Origin: Clostridia bacterium
GTDB taxonomy: Bacteria > Bacillota > Clostridia > Oscillospirales > Feifaniaceae
Direction: 5' to 3'
Assembly: GCA_017427525.1 (NCBI GenBank)
Contig: JAFRSP010000018.1
Coordinates: forward strand, 1,684 to 65,683
DNA: 64,000 bases
Position numbers and translations under genes: made by a program. Shown in pieces: positions 46,156 through 55,305 of this stretch; the first letter of the stretch is position 1, and the number at the start of each line of letters is the position of its first letter. The notes below the pieces were generated by a model. The model had not been told where the DNA came from and searched no databases. It was given only the letters and a program-made list of their open reading frames with translations.

Positions 46156-48777
46156 TCAACGATCTCCTCCGCGCAGGAACGCCTTGACGATCTCCACCAT
46201 GGGAATGATGGAAAGAGCCAGCAGCAGCGCAACAAAGTATTCTGCCAGGCTGACCGTTTCAAACTGGAAAGCCGCCGCCAGGGCGGGGACGTAAATCACG
46301 GCCGTTGTCAGGAGCAAACTGACGCCGAAAGCAAGCCAGAGCGCCGCATTCTGATAAGTGATCGCAAAGACGCTCCCCCGCTGGCTGCGCATATTGAAGC
46401 TGTGAAAGATCTCGGCCATGCTCATGGTCAGAAAAGCCATCGTCACGCCGTCGGGCGAGTTCACGATCTCCCATGCGCCCGACTCCATATAGTGTCCGAT
46501 AAAATAGGCAGCCAGCGTCAGCAGCGTGATCAGCATTCCCTGATAGAGAACGTCCACTCCCAGTCCGCGGGCAAAAACTCCTTCGTTTGGGCTGCGGGGT
46601 TTCCTTTGCATCAGATCCCGCTCTCCCCGCTCGATCCCGAGCGCCAGCGCGGGGAAGCAGTCGGTGATCAGGTTGATCCAGAGCAGATGCACCGGACGCA
46701 GGATGGTAAATCCCAGCATCGTGGCGGCAAACACCGAGAGCACCTCGCTCATATTGGAAGCGAGCAGGAACTGGATGGCCTTTCGGATATTGTCGTAGAT
46801 CCTGCGACCCTCCTCCACGGCTCCTACGATGGTTGCAAAGTTGTCGTCGGCCAGCACCATATCCGCCACGTTTTTTGTGACGTCGGTGCCGGTGATGCCC
46901 ATGCCGACGCCGATATCTGCCCGCTTGAGGCTGGGCGCATCGTTGACGCCGTCGCCGGTCATGGCCGTGACATAGCCTCTGCTGCGCCAGGCGTCGACAA
47001 TCCGGACCTTGTGTTCGGGCTGCACGCGCGCGTAGACCGCATACTTCTCGATATCGCGCAGCAGCTCCTCTTCGCTGATGGCGTTGAGCTGATTGCCCGT
47101 CAAGGCGGAAAGTCCTTCTGTCAGGATCCCCAACTCCTTGGCGATGGCCACCGCCGTATCCAGATGGTCTCCCGTGATCATAACGGGTCGGATCCCCGCT
47201 TCACGGCATTCCACAATGGCGTCTTTGATTTCGGGCCGCACGGGGTCGATCATACCGGTGAGTCCCAGGAAGCAGAGCTCTTCTTCGAGGTTCTCGGGGG
47301 AAAGCCCCTCCGGCGCCTCGTCATACCAGCGCTGTGCCGCTGCCAACACGCGCAGCGCCTTGTCGGCCATGGCTTTGTTGGCAGCAAGGATCTCGCTCCG
47401 TTTCGCCTCGGTCAAAGGCTTTTCTTTCCCATCCTCCCAATAGGTCGTGCAGTGTGAGAGTACAACATCGGGAGCACCCTTGGTGAACTGCATGAAATCG
47501 CCGTCGATCTCGTGCACCGTGCTCATCATTTTGCGGATGCTGTCGAAGGGGGCCTCCGCCACACGGGGCATGTTGCGCTCGAGCTCCGCCTTGGGCAGCC
47601 CCAGTGTTTCGGCAAACACCACGAGAGCCACCTCGGTGGGGTCGCCCACCAGAGCTCCCTCGTTTGAGGCCTCAACGTCGCAGCAAAGGGCCATGGCGGT
47701 GCCCAGAAGCTTTTCGTCGTTCCCGTAAGACTCGGTCACCGTCATCTTGTTTTGGGTCAGCGTCCCGGTTTTGTCGCTGCAAATGATCTGTGCACAGCCC
47801 AGCGTCTCCACGGCAGTCAGCCGGCGCACAATGGCGTTGCGCTTTGACATATTGGTGACGCCGATCGAAAGCACAATGGTCACCACCGTGGCAAGCCCCT
47901 CGGGAATGGCCGCCACCGCAAGACTGACCGCCACCATGAAGAGGTCGATCATGGTGTCGAAATTCAGACTCTTGGTTCTCATGATACTGCATCCGAAAAT
48001 CACCACGCAGATACCCAGTACCAGAAAGGTGAGAATCCGGCTGAGCTCGCTCAGTTTGCGCTGCAGCGGGGTTTCTCCGCTGCCTGCCTGCGACAGCACG
48101 TCTGCGATCTTGCCCATCTCGGTGTTCATGCCGATCCCCGTAACCACTGCGCGTCCGTGACCGTAGACCACCGTGCTGCCCAGATATACCATGTTGCGGC
48201 GGTCGCCCAGCACGATATCGTCTCCGGAGAGCGCATCTGCCGTTTTTTCAACCGGCAGGCTTTCCCCTGTCAGGGCCGCCTCCTCCAGCTTCAGGCTGGC
48301 GCACTCCAGCACCCGCGCATCTGCAGGGATGGCATCACCCGCCTCGAGCAGGATGATATCGCCGGGAACCAGGTTTTCGCTCCGCAGCACGCAAACCTTG
48401 CCGTCGCGCAGCACGCGGCTGGTAGCGGCCGCCATCTGCTGAAGCTCCTCGATGGCCTTTTCGGCACGGCCCTCCTGATACACGCCGAGCGCCGCGTTGA
48501 CAATGACGACCGCCATGATGATAATAACGTCTGAAAAGCTCTCATGCGCATAGGCGGCTGTGATTCCCGAAAGGATGGCTGCCGCGATCAGGATCAGCGT
48601 CATCGGGTCGTTCATCTGCTTGAAAAACCGCACCAAAACCGAATCCTTTTTCGCCTCTGCCAGACGATTCGGCCCATACTGCTTCTGCCGCTGCTGCGCC
48701 TCCTCAGAAGACAGTCCCTCTCGCCGGCTTTGCAGCGCCTCAAGCGCCTGATTCGCACTTTCGCGATAATACTCCAT
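46156..48777 (-). CDS. P-type cation-transporting ATPase, P2 (Ca2+/SERCA-PMCA-like)
   Basis: DKTGTLT phosphorylation site, TGES, MITGDH, VTAMTGDGVNDAPSLK and 10 TM helices. ATG at 48777 (an alternative GTG lies at 48798). Confidence 0.9.
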   Translation of the reverse strand: MEYYRESANQALEALQSRREGLSSEEAQQRQKQYGPNRLAEAKKDSVLVRFFKQMNDPMTLILIAAAILSGITAAYAHESFSDVIIIMAVVIVNAALGVYQEGRAEKAIEELQQMAAATSRVLRDGKVCVLRSENLVPGDIILLEAGDAIPADARVLECASLKLEEAALTGESLPVEKTADALSGDDIVLGDRRNMVYLGSTVVYGHGRAVVTGIGMNTEMGKIADVLSQAGSGETPLQRKLSELSRILTFLVLGICVVIFGCSIMRTKSLNFDTMIDLFMVAVSLAVAAIPEGLATVVTIVLSIGVTNMSKRNAIVRRLTAVETLGCAQIICSDKTGTLTQNKMTVTESYGNDEKLLGTAMALCCDVEASNEGALVGDPTEVALVVFAETLGLPKAELERNMPRVAEAPFDSIRKMMSTVHEIDGDFMQFTKGAPDVVLSHCTTYWEDGKEKPLTEAKRSEILAANKAMADKALRVLAAAQRWYDEAPEGLSPENLEEELCFLGLTGMIDPVRPEIKDAIVECREAGIRPVMITGDHLDTAVAIAKELGILTEGLSALTGNQLNAISEEELLRDIEKYAVYARVQPEHKVRIVDAWRSRGYVTAMTGDGVNDAPSLKRADIGVGMGITGTDVTKNVADMVLADDNFATIVGAVEEGRRIYDNIRKAIQFLLASNMSEVLSVFAATMLGFTILRPVHLLWINLITDCFPALALGIERGERDLMQRKPRSPNEGVFARGLGVDVLYQGMLITLLTLAAYFIGHYMESGAWEIVNSPDGVTMAFLTMSMAEIFHSFNMRSQRGSVFAITYQNAALWLAFGVSLLLTTAVIYVPALAAAFQFETVSLAEYFVALLLALSIIPMVEIVKAFLRGGDR

Positions 48778-48892
48778 CCTGTCCTCTTTCCTTTCCACTT
48801 AGCTGTACTCTATCCTGCAAACCGACCTGCGGCCGCACTTTGCGCAGGGATCTTTTCGCAAAAAGCCGGCCCCTATCCGCAGAGGCTGCCTT

Positions 48893-48941
48893 AAAAAAAG
48901 ACCCATGTATAGGATGCGCTTCGGCACACTATACATGAGTC
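48893..48941 (-). terminator. Rho-independent terminator between the WG-repeat gene and the Ca-ATPase gene
   Basis: Minus strand: GACTCATGTATAG, 16-nt loop, CTATACATGGGTC (one G.U pair), followed by T7. Confidence 0.7.
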
Positions 48942-49132
48942 TCGTTCTTTCATCCAAGCCAGACGTCATTGGGAACGCCATGCATGTTGACTTGAAACAC
49001 AAAAGCGTGGGTTCGCTCTTATGCAAACTACTCCCCCATGGATTTCCCTCTCAGTATAACCGATTTTGAGGAGTTGTCAAGTGCTTTCTGAGAGGACTCC
49101 TTGAGATCCCCCTTGTGATCCGCACCGCCGTT

Positions 49133-51757
49133 TCACCCGTTCGGCCAGAGGCGCTTCGTATCCCCATAGGGCAGGGAGATGCGGTAAACCGTATATCGGT
49201 GACTGCTTCGCGCATCCGGCCAAGCAAGCGTCAGACTGTCGTTTGTGATCGACTGGAGAAATAGGCTGCGCCGCACCGTGGAGAAATCCTCTCCGGGGAG
49301 CGGGCAGAGGAAATGAAGAATGCCCTCCCGCTCACTCAGCCTGTAAATCCCCCGTACACCGTCGCGCTGCCCGACAAAATAGCAGGTCTGTCCCCTGCGT
49401 CCGATCAGAAAGGCGCGCTCCAGTATGGGGGAAAAGCCTGCGTCGGTCAGATAGCCAAGGCTACCCTCCCAACCGGAGGAGGCATATGCATAGTGCCAAG
49501 TCGTGACCAAAAACCCGTTTTTTCCTTCATCCAGCACCGTGATCTCCCCCATAGCATCCGGCATATCGAACAGGGTGACTCGCTCCTCCCCTTCTATGAC
49601 GGACAGCGTGATCCGATAGCGGTAGCCCGCGGTATTCTCCAATTTTTCCAAACGGCGCTCTTCGACCAGGGTTCGTCGGCTGTCTTCATAAAACACATGT
49701 TCCTCTACGCCGCCCGCCATCAGTTCGGTATAGCGCTTGGCAAGCGGGGCCGGTTCATAGCGGTAGGAAACGGGAGCCCACTCTGCCGCAGGCGGAAGTC
49801 CCGTGAAGGGATTCTGCTCTTCCGGACCGGCAGCGCAAAGACAGGAAGTTCCCTCTTCATCCTTTCCTTCATACACCGTGATCCGCAGGGAGAGATCGGC
49901 TGAACCAAGCGAATCGGTTTCTCCCCAGAGACATCCGGTTCCCTTTCCGGTTTCCCTCTGCGGCGTTGCCTTCACATTCAGAGCGAGCGTGAGATAGAAC
50001 TCTCCCTCCTCAAGAATCGAAACGCTGCCCAGACTGTAATCAAGCAGTCCCAGCGCATCGCCGCGATAGAGCAGATCTTTCAGCAAAGCGTCTGCGTAGG
50101 TCAGCGCCGCCTTCTCTCTGTCGCTTCCGATCGGCAAAACAGGGTAAAGTGCATAGGGCGGTGTGGGAACCTCCGCCACAGCCAGCTGACCGTCCCTCTG
50201 GGCAACCTGCACGACCGTGAAGAGCGGAGTGTCGCCGAAGAGGCGCTCGCCGGTGCTGTGCGGCAACAGATAGGCCGTTCCGGTAGAGGTGTCGGCCACA
50301 AGACAGCCCTCCTCCTGCCGTTCCAGCAGCAGAAGTCCTGCCCCGGAAAGTGCAAGCTGCGCGGCATTGTCGAGCACGGGACGCCGACTCTCCTCCAGGG
50401 CGTTCAGCAGAATGTATTCTCTCTCCCGGAGCCCGTACCAGCCGGGATTCTCCCCAAAGGGCGCCGAAAAAATCGCATCATACACAAAGGGCAGCTGCTC
50501 GTTTCCTTCAAGATCCACGGCGCCCCATAGTCCGTTTTTACGCACTACAAGGGCCCTTGTGTCCTCCGTCTCATACCAGAGAGTCAAGGAAGGCTGCTCT
50601 CCCGAGAGCGCTGCGGACCCATCTTCCGTCTGGTAGGTAAAATGCCCCACGTCCATATAGGCTCCGATCGCCTCATATTCATAGGGAAGACACATTTTCC
50701 CGCTTTTCAAATCCATGACGCCCCAAGCACCGTCTACTCTGCGCAGCGCGATGAGCATGTCTTCAATCAGCGCTGGGCCGCCGTCTTCCCCTCCGAAGCT
50801 ATAGCCGTGCCCCACCGCCAAACAATCCTGATCCGTCAGAGGGAGAATCCCCCCTTCCGAGGCCATCCAAAGACGCTGCATCCCGATCGGATCGGTCGTC
50901 ACCACCAAATCGGCGTCTGTTTCAGGGAACTCTATGGCTCGATACTGCGCGCTCAGCAGCAGCACGCCCTCTATGCTGTAGAGTCCCAAACTACCGTCCG
51001 GTCCCCGATAGAGATATCCATAGTGACAGGGCGTGAAGCTGCCCGGCATGCTTGGAAAAAGCGCGCCGGATTTCAGAGAAAACAGCGTCTGTCCCTGCTC
51101 GTCTTCTACCGGAAATGCGGGAGCGAACAGAAACGGCTCCTGCCTGACTGCCTCGCTCAGCAAGAACCCATATCCGTTCACGAGTGCGGCAATCGTCTCT
51201 TCGGCATAGTTCTTTGTCTGCAGCGCGAGCTTCATCCCTTCCTCTTCCCATTGGATGAAACAGCCAAAAAGCATCTGCGCGTTTTCCAGAGGAACCAGCA
51301 CCTCTCCCCCGCGCCGCAGCAGCGTTCCCTGTACGCGATTGTATAAGGGTTCTTCTCCAATCACGCAGATTTTTCCGCCTTCCTGAAGCCGCACAAGCTC
51401 CCTGCCTGCCGCGTCCGAAACCAAAAGAGAAAGCGCGCCGTTCTGCTCGGCCTGCGAAACCTCGATTTCCGGAAGCAGAGAATCCATCAGCGCCGCGTCG
51501 ACATAGAGGATGCCATCTTCCCGATACAGAAGACGCTCCGGCGCGGGAACCGGCTGCAGATCGATCGTGAGCTCCGGTTCCAGATACCCCGAGGAGGGTT
51601 GAACTTCCCTGAGCCACGGCATCACAAGGGCGGCAATCGCCGCTCCAACCGTTAAAACTGTTATAAACACCAACAGCCAACTTGGGATCGGTTCTCCTTT
51701 GAGTCTCTTTTTCTTCTGTTCCAAGCCAGGTTTCCCTCCTCTCACATGGTTTTTCAT
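49133..51757 (-). CDS. Large membrane-anchored WG-repeat (KWG-like) protein of unknown function
   Basis: N-terminal TM helix (WLLVFITVLTVGAAIAALV). WG-type repeats such as DGAWGVMDLKSGKMCLPYEYEAI and NGLWGAVDLEGNEQLPFVYDAI. Confidence 0.6.
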   Translation of the reverse strand: MKNHVRGGKPGLEQKKKRLKGEPIPSWLLVFITVLTVGAAIAALVMPWLREVQPSSGYLEPELTIDLQPVPAPERLLYREDGILYVDAALMDSLLPEIEVSQAEQNGALSLLVSDAAGRELVRLQEGGKICVIGEEPLYNRVQGTLLRRGGEVLVPLENAQMLFGCFIQWEEEGMKLALQTKNYAEETIAALVNGYGFLLSEAVRQEPFLFAPAFPVEDEQGQTLFSLKSGALFPSMPGSFTPCHYGYLYRGPDGSLGLYSIEGVLLLSAQYRAIEFPETDADLVVTTDPIGMQRLWMASEGGILPLTDQDCLAVGHGYSFGGEDGGPALIEDMLIALRRVDGAWGVMDLKSGKMCLPYEYEAIGAYMDVGHFTYQTEDGSAALSGEQPSLTLWYETEDTRALVVRKNGLWGAVDLEGNEQLPFVYDAIFSAPFGENPGWYGLREREYILLNALEESRRPVLDNAAQLALSGAGLLLLERQEEGCLVADTSTGTAYLLPHSTGERLFGDTPLFTVVQVAQRDGQLAVAEVPTPPYALYPVLPIGSDREKAALTYADALLKDLLYRGDALGLLDYSLGSVSILEEGEFYLTLALNVKATPQRETGKGTGCLWGETDSLGSADLSLRITVYEGKDEEGTSCLCAAGPEEQNPFTGLPPAAEWAPVSYRYEPAPLAKRYTELMAGGVEEHVFYEDSRRTLVEERRLEKLENTAGYRYRITLSVIEGEERVTLFDMPDAMGEITVLDEGKNGFLVTTWHYAYASSGWEGSLGYLTDAGFSPILERAFLIGRRGQTCYFVGQRDGVRGIYRLSEREGILHFLCPLPGEDFSTVRRSLFLQSITNDSLTLAWPDARSSHRYTVYRISLPYGDTKRLWPNG

Positions 51758-52018
51758 GCTGCCATCCTGCTTTCAGCGGCTTGTCGTTGACAGAGCAATT
51801 GTATCATATTTCAGGGCCGCAAAGCAAACGGCTGCCCGCAAGAAAACCTCTCTGCCCCCTCCCCGACGCTTTCCGCCCATCCTGTGGGTCTGAATTGCCT
51901 GGACTTGTGTGTATTTTTCGCAAAAGCAGCTTACAAATCGTTTCAAATCGTGCTATACTGTTTTGGATCCGTGAACCCGTGCGTTAGGCATTCCCATCCA
52001 TATGAAAGGAGCCACATC

Positions 52019-52312
52019 ATGCTGAATCTGCTGCTCAAGATCCTGCTTTTCCCCATCTATTTGGTTCTGGCTGTTATTGTGGGGATTCTCAAGCTCATTG
52101 TAGGTCTCTCTGCCTTTGTGCTCAAGCTGCTTGCCGTGATTTTCCTGATTGCCGCCTTCCCCGTGCTGTTCACGGTCTCCGTAGCGGGAGGCATCGTCCT
52201 GCTTGTGCTGGCCTTCCTGATCAGCCCCATCGGTGTCGTGCTGGTTGTCACCGGATTGCTGGGCGGGCTGCAAAAGCTGTTCGGCGCTGTGCACGGCTTT
52301 ATGATCTCGTAG
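52019..52312 (+). CDS. Small (97 aa) multi-TM membrane protein; resembles CD1845-family small proteins from memory
   Basis: ATG at 52019, 7 nt after GAAAGGAG. Almost entirely hydrophobic, with a ...GGIVLLVLAFLISPIG... motif. Confidence 0.5.
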   Translation: MLNLLLKILLFPIYLVLAVIVGILKLIVGLSAFVLKLLAVIFLIAAFPVLFTVSVAGGIVLLVLAFLISPIGVVLVVTGLLGGLQKLFGAVHGFMIS

Positions 52313-52351
52313 ATGATACGCTTTACCTCTGTGGAAAAGGAGCTCAAGTCT

Positions 52352-52822
52352 ATGATCGCAAAAAAACACACCGGTCTGTTTTCTCTGCTTTGTCTGGCTC
52401 TGTGTCTTGCTCTTTTGTGCGCCGCCTGCTCCGGCCGAGCCTCACAGAAAACACGTGAGAAAATCGCCTCCTGCGTCTCCCTGATCGGTCAGCCGGAAGA
52501 GGCTTTGGTTCAGGAACTGGGCGAGGGCGAACGCACGCTGATCAGCGGAACGGAAGAGACGCTCTTTCGGGAATATGAACTCGACCTCTTCGGAAATCCC
52601 CTCACCTTTATGGCGACCATCGATCTCGGCACTGTTTTAGACTTTTCGGCCGACCTCTCCGGCACGTTTGAAGAGTGGACCGAAACCATCACAAACTCTC
52701 TGGGCGATTCCGATGATTCCGATGACGAACAGGCCGTTTGGTCGGTCTCGGAAGAAGGCGGCCTTCTGCTCACAAATACGGAGGATTCCCTCACCCTCTC
52801 CTTCTTCCGCACAGAGGCCTGA
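52352..52822 (+). CDS. Small acidic lipoprotein of unknown function
   Basis: Lipobox LLCAACS. ATG at 52352 after an AAAAGGAG SD. Confidence 0.6.
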   Translation: MIAKKHTGLFSLLCLALCLALLCAACSGRASQKTREKIASCVSLIGQPEEALVQELGEGERTLISGTEETLFREYELDLFGNPLTFMATIDLGTVLDFSADLSGTFEEWTETITNSLGDSDDSDDEQAVWSVSEEGGLLLTNTEDSLTLSFFRTEA

Positions 52823-52971
52823 TCTCTGCAACCGTTCCCACCGCTTCGCCTCGGTCTTTATTGTAAGGACGGCGGCCATGATCGTTTGCCACGCTCTTCC
52901 GTGACCGATGACGGGATTTTCGCGTCTTTGAAAAGGCGCCGGTCTGAGTATTCGATTCCGCACACCTTTCC

Positions 52972-53011
52972 ATACCAGGTCCTGTGCTTTGCAGGACTTG
53001 GTATTTTTTTG
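52972..53011 (+). terminator. Rho-independent terminator
   Basis: ATACCAGGTCCTG / CAGGACTTGGTAT (one G.U pair) followed by T7. Confidence 0.75.
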
Positions 53012-53029
53012 TCCTTTCCCGCCCCTCCC

Positions 53030-53058
53030 TTTACAAACAAAAGGTTTTACGATATAAT
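53030..53058 (+). promoter_or_regulatory. Promoter candidate for smpB(-ssrA)
   Basis: TTTACA (53030-35), 17 nt, TATAAT (53053-58). Confidence 0.55.
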
Positions 53059-53114
53059 ATGTTGCGCAAAAACCTGACCGCAGCACACCCTTCAGACGCA
53101 AAGGAGGCGATCGG

Positions 53115-53585
53115 ATGGGCGAAAAGGTGTCGACCAAGACCATTGCACAAAACAAAAAAGCCTATCACGACTACTTTGTGGAAGAGCGCTTTGAAGCGGG
53201 CATCTCGCTTGCCGGAACCGAAGTGAAATCCTTGCGGGCCGGCAGAGTCAACCTGAAGGACTGCTTCTGCACCGTGGAAGACGGAGAACTGGTCGTCATC
53301 GGCATGCATATCAGCCCCTATGAACAGGGCAACATCTTCAATAAAGACCCGCTCCGCAAGCGTGTGCTGCTCATGCACAAACGCGAGATCATGCGGCTGT
53401 ATGGCCTGGTGAAGCAGGACGGCTACGCCATCATCCCGCTGTCGCTCTATTTCAAGGGCTCTCATGTCAAGGTCGAGCTCGGTCTGTGCAAGGGCAAGCG
53501 GCAGCATGACAAGCGCGAAGCCATGGCGCGGCGCGACGCAAAGCGCGAGATCGACCGTGCGATGAAGCAGCGCAACGTCCGCTGA
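53115..53585 (+). CDS. smpB: SsrA-binding protein SmpB
   Basis: [12 protein letters not shown]...GTEVKSLR...; C-terminal basic tail, 156 aa. Confidence 0.97.
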   Translation: MGEKVSTKTIAQNKKAYHDYFVEERFEAGISLAGTEVKSLRAGRVNLKDCFCTVEDGELVVIGMHISPYEQGNIFNKDPLRKRVLLMHKREIMRLYGLVKQDGYAIIPLSLYFKGSHVKVELGLCKGKRQHDKREAMARRDAKREIDRAMKQRNVR

Positions 53586-53662
53586 GCACGGCGCGGCAGG
53601 TTCGTCTCCTGCGCAGGTTTTTGTCCGCTCCGATTCCCTTTTCAACCGGCACTTTACAACAC

Positions 53663-54009
53663 GGGGGTGCAATGGTTTCGACGGGGGTCTTGAAGCGGGA
53701 GAAGCAAGCCGAGTTGCGAGGACTCGTTAAACATCGCACCCTATAAATGAAAGAACAACGCTAACGTTGCTCTCGCGGCCTAACTAGGCCGCCGTCTGCC
53801 CTGGGAGGACCACGGCCCGGGTGTCAGGCGTCGTCAGTGGTGCACGTGAGGCGGGTAAGCTTTGCCCCGCCCATGAATCATGAAGCTACCGAATGGAGCA
53901 GCCGGCCGCCTGGCGGCTCAACTGGGGAATCTCAAATACGCGGCTAAGCTTGTAGAAACTCCCGTGAACGGGCTTTCGGACAGGAGTTCGATTCTCCTCA
54001 CCTCCACCA
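53663..54009 (+). ncRNA. ssrA: tmRNA (SsrA)
   Basis: 5' GGGGGTG pairs with 3' CACCTCC-A-CCA, including the G3.U alanine identity pair. T-arm is GGAG-TTCGATT-CTCC. Internal tag frame AAG AAC AAC GCT AAC GTT GCT CTC GCG GCC TAA (53751-53783) ends in ...NVALAA*. Lies directly downstream of smpB. Confidence 0.93.
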
Positions 54010-54018
54010 ATGCAAGAT

Positions 54019-54066
54019 AATCCGAACCTTAGGCCAATCGGCCAGGGGTTCGGATTTCTTGTTTTT
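54019..54066 (+). terminator. Terminator of ssrA
   Basis: AATCCGAACC (54019-28) / GGTTCGGATT (54047-56) followed by TCTTGTTTTT. Confidence 0.7.
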
Positions 54067-54203
54067 ATACGGGATATTACGTTATAGTTTTTGATTCGAT
54101 CAATATGAATTCAGACGGAATCGCCATGAAAAGCCGTATTGCCGCGATCCCGCATTGTTTAGATCGTCTCAACCTTTATGGCTTTTATGGTTTTTTGCAA
54201 AGA

Positions 54204-54233
54204 TTGACATGCATTGCCTTTTAAGGTTATGAT
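54204..54233 (+). promoter_or_regulatory. Strong sigma-A-type promoter for the 2-TM orphan gene
   Basis: TTGACA (54204-09), 18 nt, TATGAT (54228-33). Confidence 0.55.
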
Positions 54234-54278
54234 TCGAGCAGAAAAACATAACCATATTGTCTTAAAGAAGGTTCCGGG

Positions 54279-54995
54279 ATGAAATCAAAGATCACTTCGC
54301 CTAGATCAAAAAAACTATACACCGCCAACAATAAGATATATTGCGTTCTAGTCGTTTTATTAATTGTCGTTATCACGGTCATTTTGGCAATTGAAAACCG
54401 TTCGATAGTTTGGTCAGAAACGGCAAATTCCATCCTTACAGGTATTCTGAGTGGATTGTTGTCATCTGTTGTTGTTGCATGGTTTATTGATTTGGCAACC
54501 TGCAAAAGGAAAAATGATCATATTGAGCATCTGGTCAGTCGTGATCATGAGTCTTTAAAACTGTGGATCAATGACTTTTTTCAGTCAATGTCAAATTGTT
54601 TGCAACCCCAAAGCATTCAAACTTCCAGAAATATCGAATCTCTATACGATGAATTCGTGGAACAAATAGGCAGGGTCGATCATGCAAAGGTTTTGATCGG
54701 TGATGATGATTATTATAATGGTTTAGTTGGCCTATATGTGAGCATCAATCTTATTATTTCAACAGTTGATAAGCTTCTGTCGGGCGAAGAAAAGTCATAC
54801 ATGCTGCAAAAATACAGTGACCTCTCTTCTTTTTTAACCTTAAGCAAGTCGATGTCTGATTTGAGGGACAATCTTTTTAATAACGGAAACCACCGCTATG
54901 ATTTCATTTTTGTAGGCATATGTGATTTTCTTTCGACTATTCTGCCGTTTGCAGACTTTTTAAACAAGAAGTATTCCACTGCCAAACAGGAATAA
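54279..54995 (+). CDS. Orphan 2-TM membrane protein with a helical C-terminal domain (no recognisable family)
   Basis: Two N-terminal TM helices (about aa 20-38 and 51-72) followed by about 165 aa of predicted helices. Very low GC compared with the flanks. Confidence 0.6.
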   Translation: MKSKITSPRSKKLYTANNKIYCVLVVLLIVVITVILAIENRSIVWSETANSILTGILSGLLSSVVVAWFIDLATCKRKNDHIEHLVSRDHESLKLWINDFFQSMSNCLQPQSIQTSRNIESLYDEFVEQIGRVDHAKVLIGDDDYYNGLVGLYVSINLIISTVDKLLSGEEKSYMLQKYSDLSSFLTLSKSMSDLRDNLFNNGNHRYDFIFVGICDFLSTILPFADFLNKKYSTAKQE

Positions 54996-55081
54996 ATCCA
55001 TTGACAGGATTTCCTCCGATAAGGCGAACAACGGAAATGAACCCGTATCCATACCAACAGACAGCAGTTTCAATGCAACAA

Positions 55082-55121
55082 ACTCAGAGGCAAGGCATGC
55101 GCCTTGTCTCTGAGTTTTTCT
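55082..55121 (+). terminator. Rho-independent terminator insulating the 2-TM gene
   Basis: 15-bp stem ACTCAGAGGCAAGGC / GCCTTGTCTCTGAGT (one G.U pair), 4-nt loop, T5. Confidence 0.8.
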
Positions 55122-55238
55122 GTCGTCAACGGCATCTGACGTCTGATTCATCCAACGATTTCCATCTTCGTCCCATTTGTCCCTATCATTCTTTCACCCA
55201 TTCAATATGATGAAAGCAATGCCTCTCAGACAAAACGA

Positions 55239-55267
55239 TTGAAAAGACTTCTTTTCAATGCTATAGT
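55239..55267 (+). promoter_or_regulatory. Promoter for the Nudix-like/DpnI-like pair
   Basis: TTGAAA (55239-44), 17 nt, TGcTATAGT extended -10 (55262-67). Confidence 0.55.
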
Positions 55268-55305
55268 AGCATCAGAAGTTGCAGCGAAACAGAGGCCTGA
55301 CCGAT

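Noticed and set aside
52946-52977. Sequence resembling the tmRNA 3' end (GAGTATTCGATTCCGCACACCTTTCCATACCA versus GAGTTCGATTCTCCTCACCTCCACCA), a possible att remnant
   Set aside because: It lies upstream of smpB, the wrong side for an ssrA-targeted island repeat. It lacks T-stem complementarity, needs three gaps to align and overlaps a normal terminator. It is probably chance similarity.
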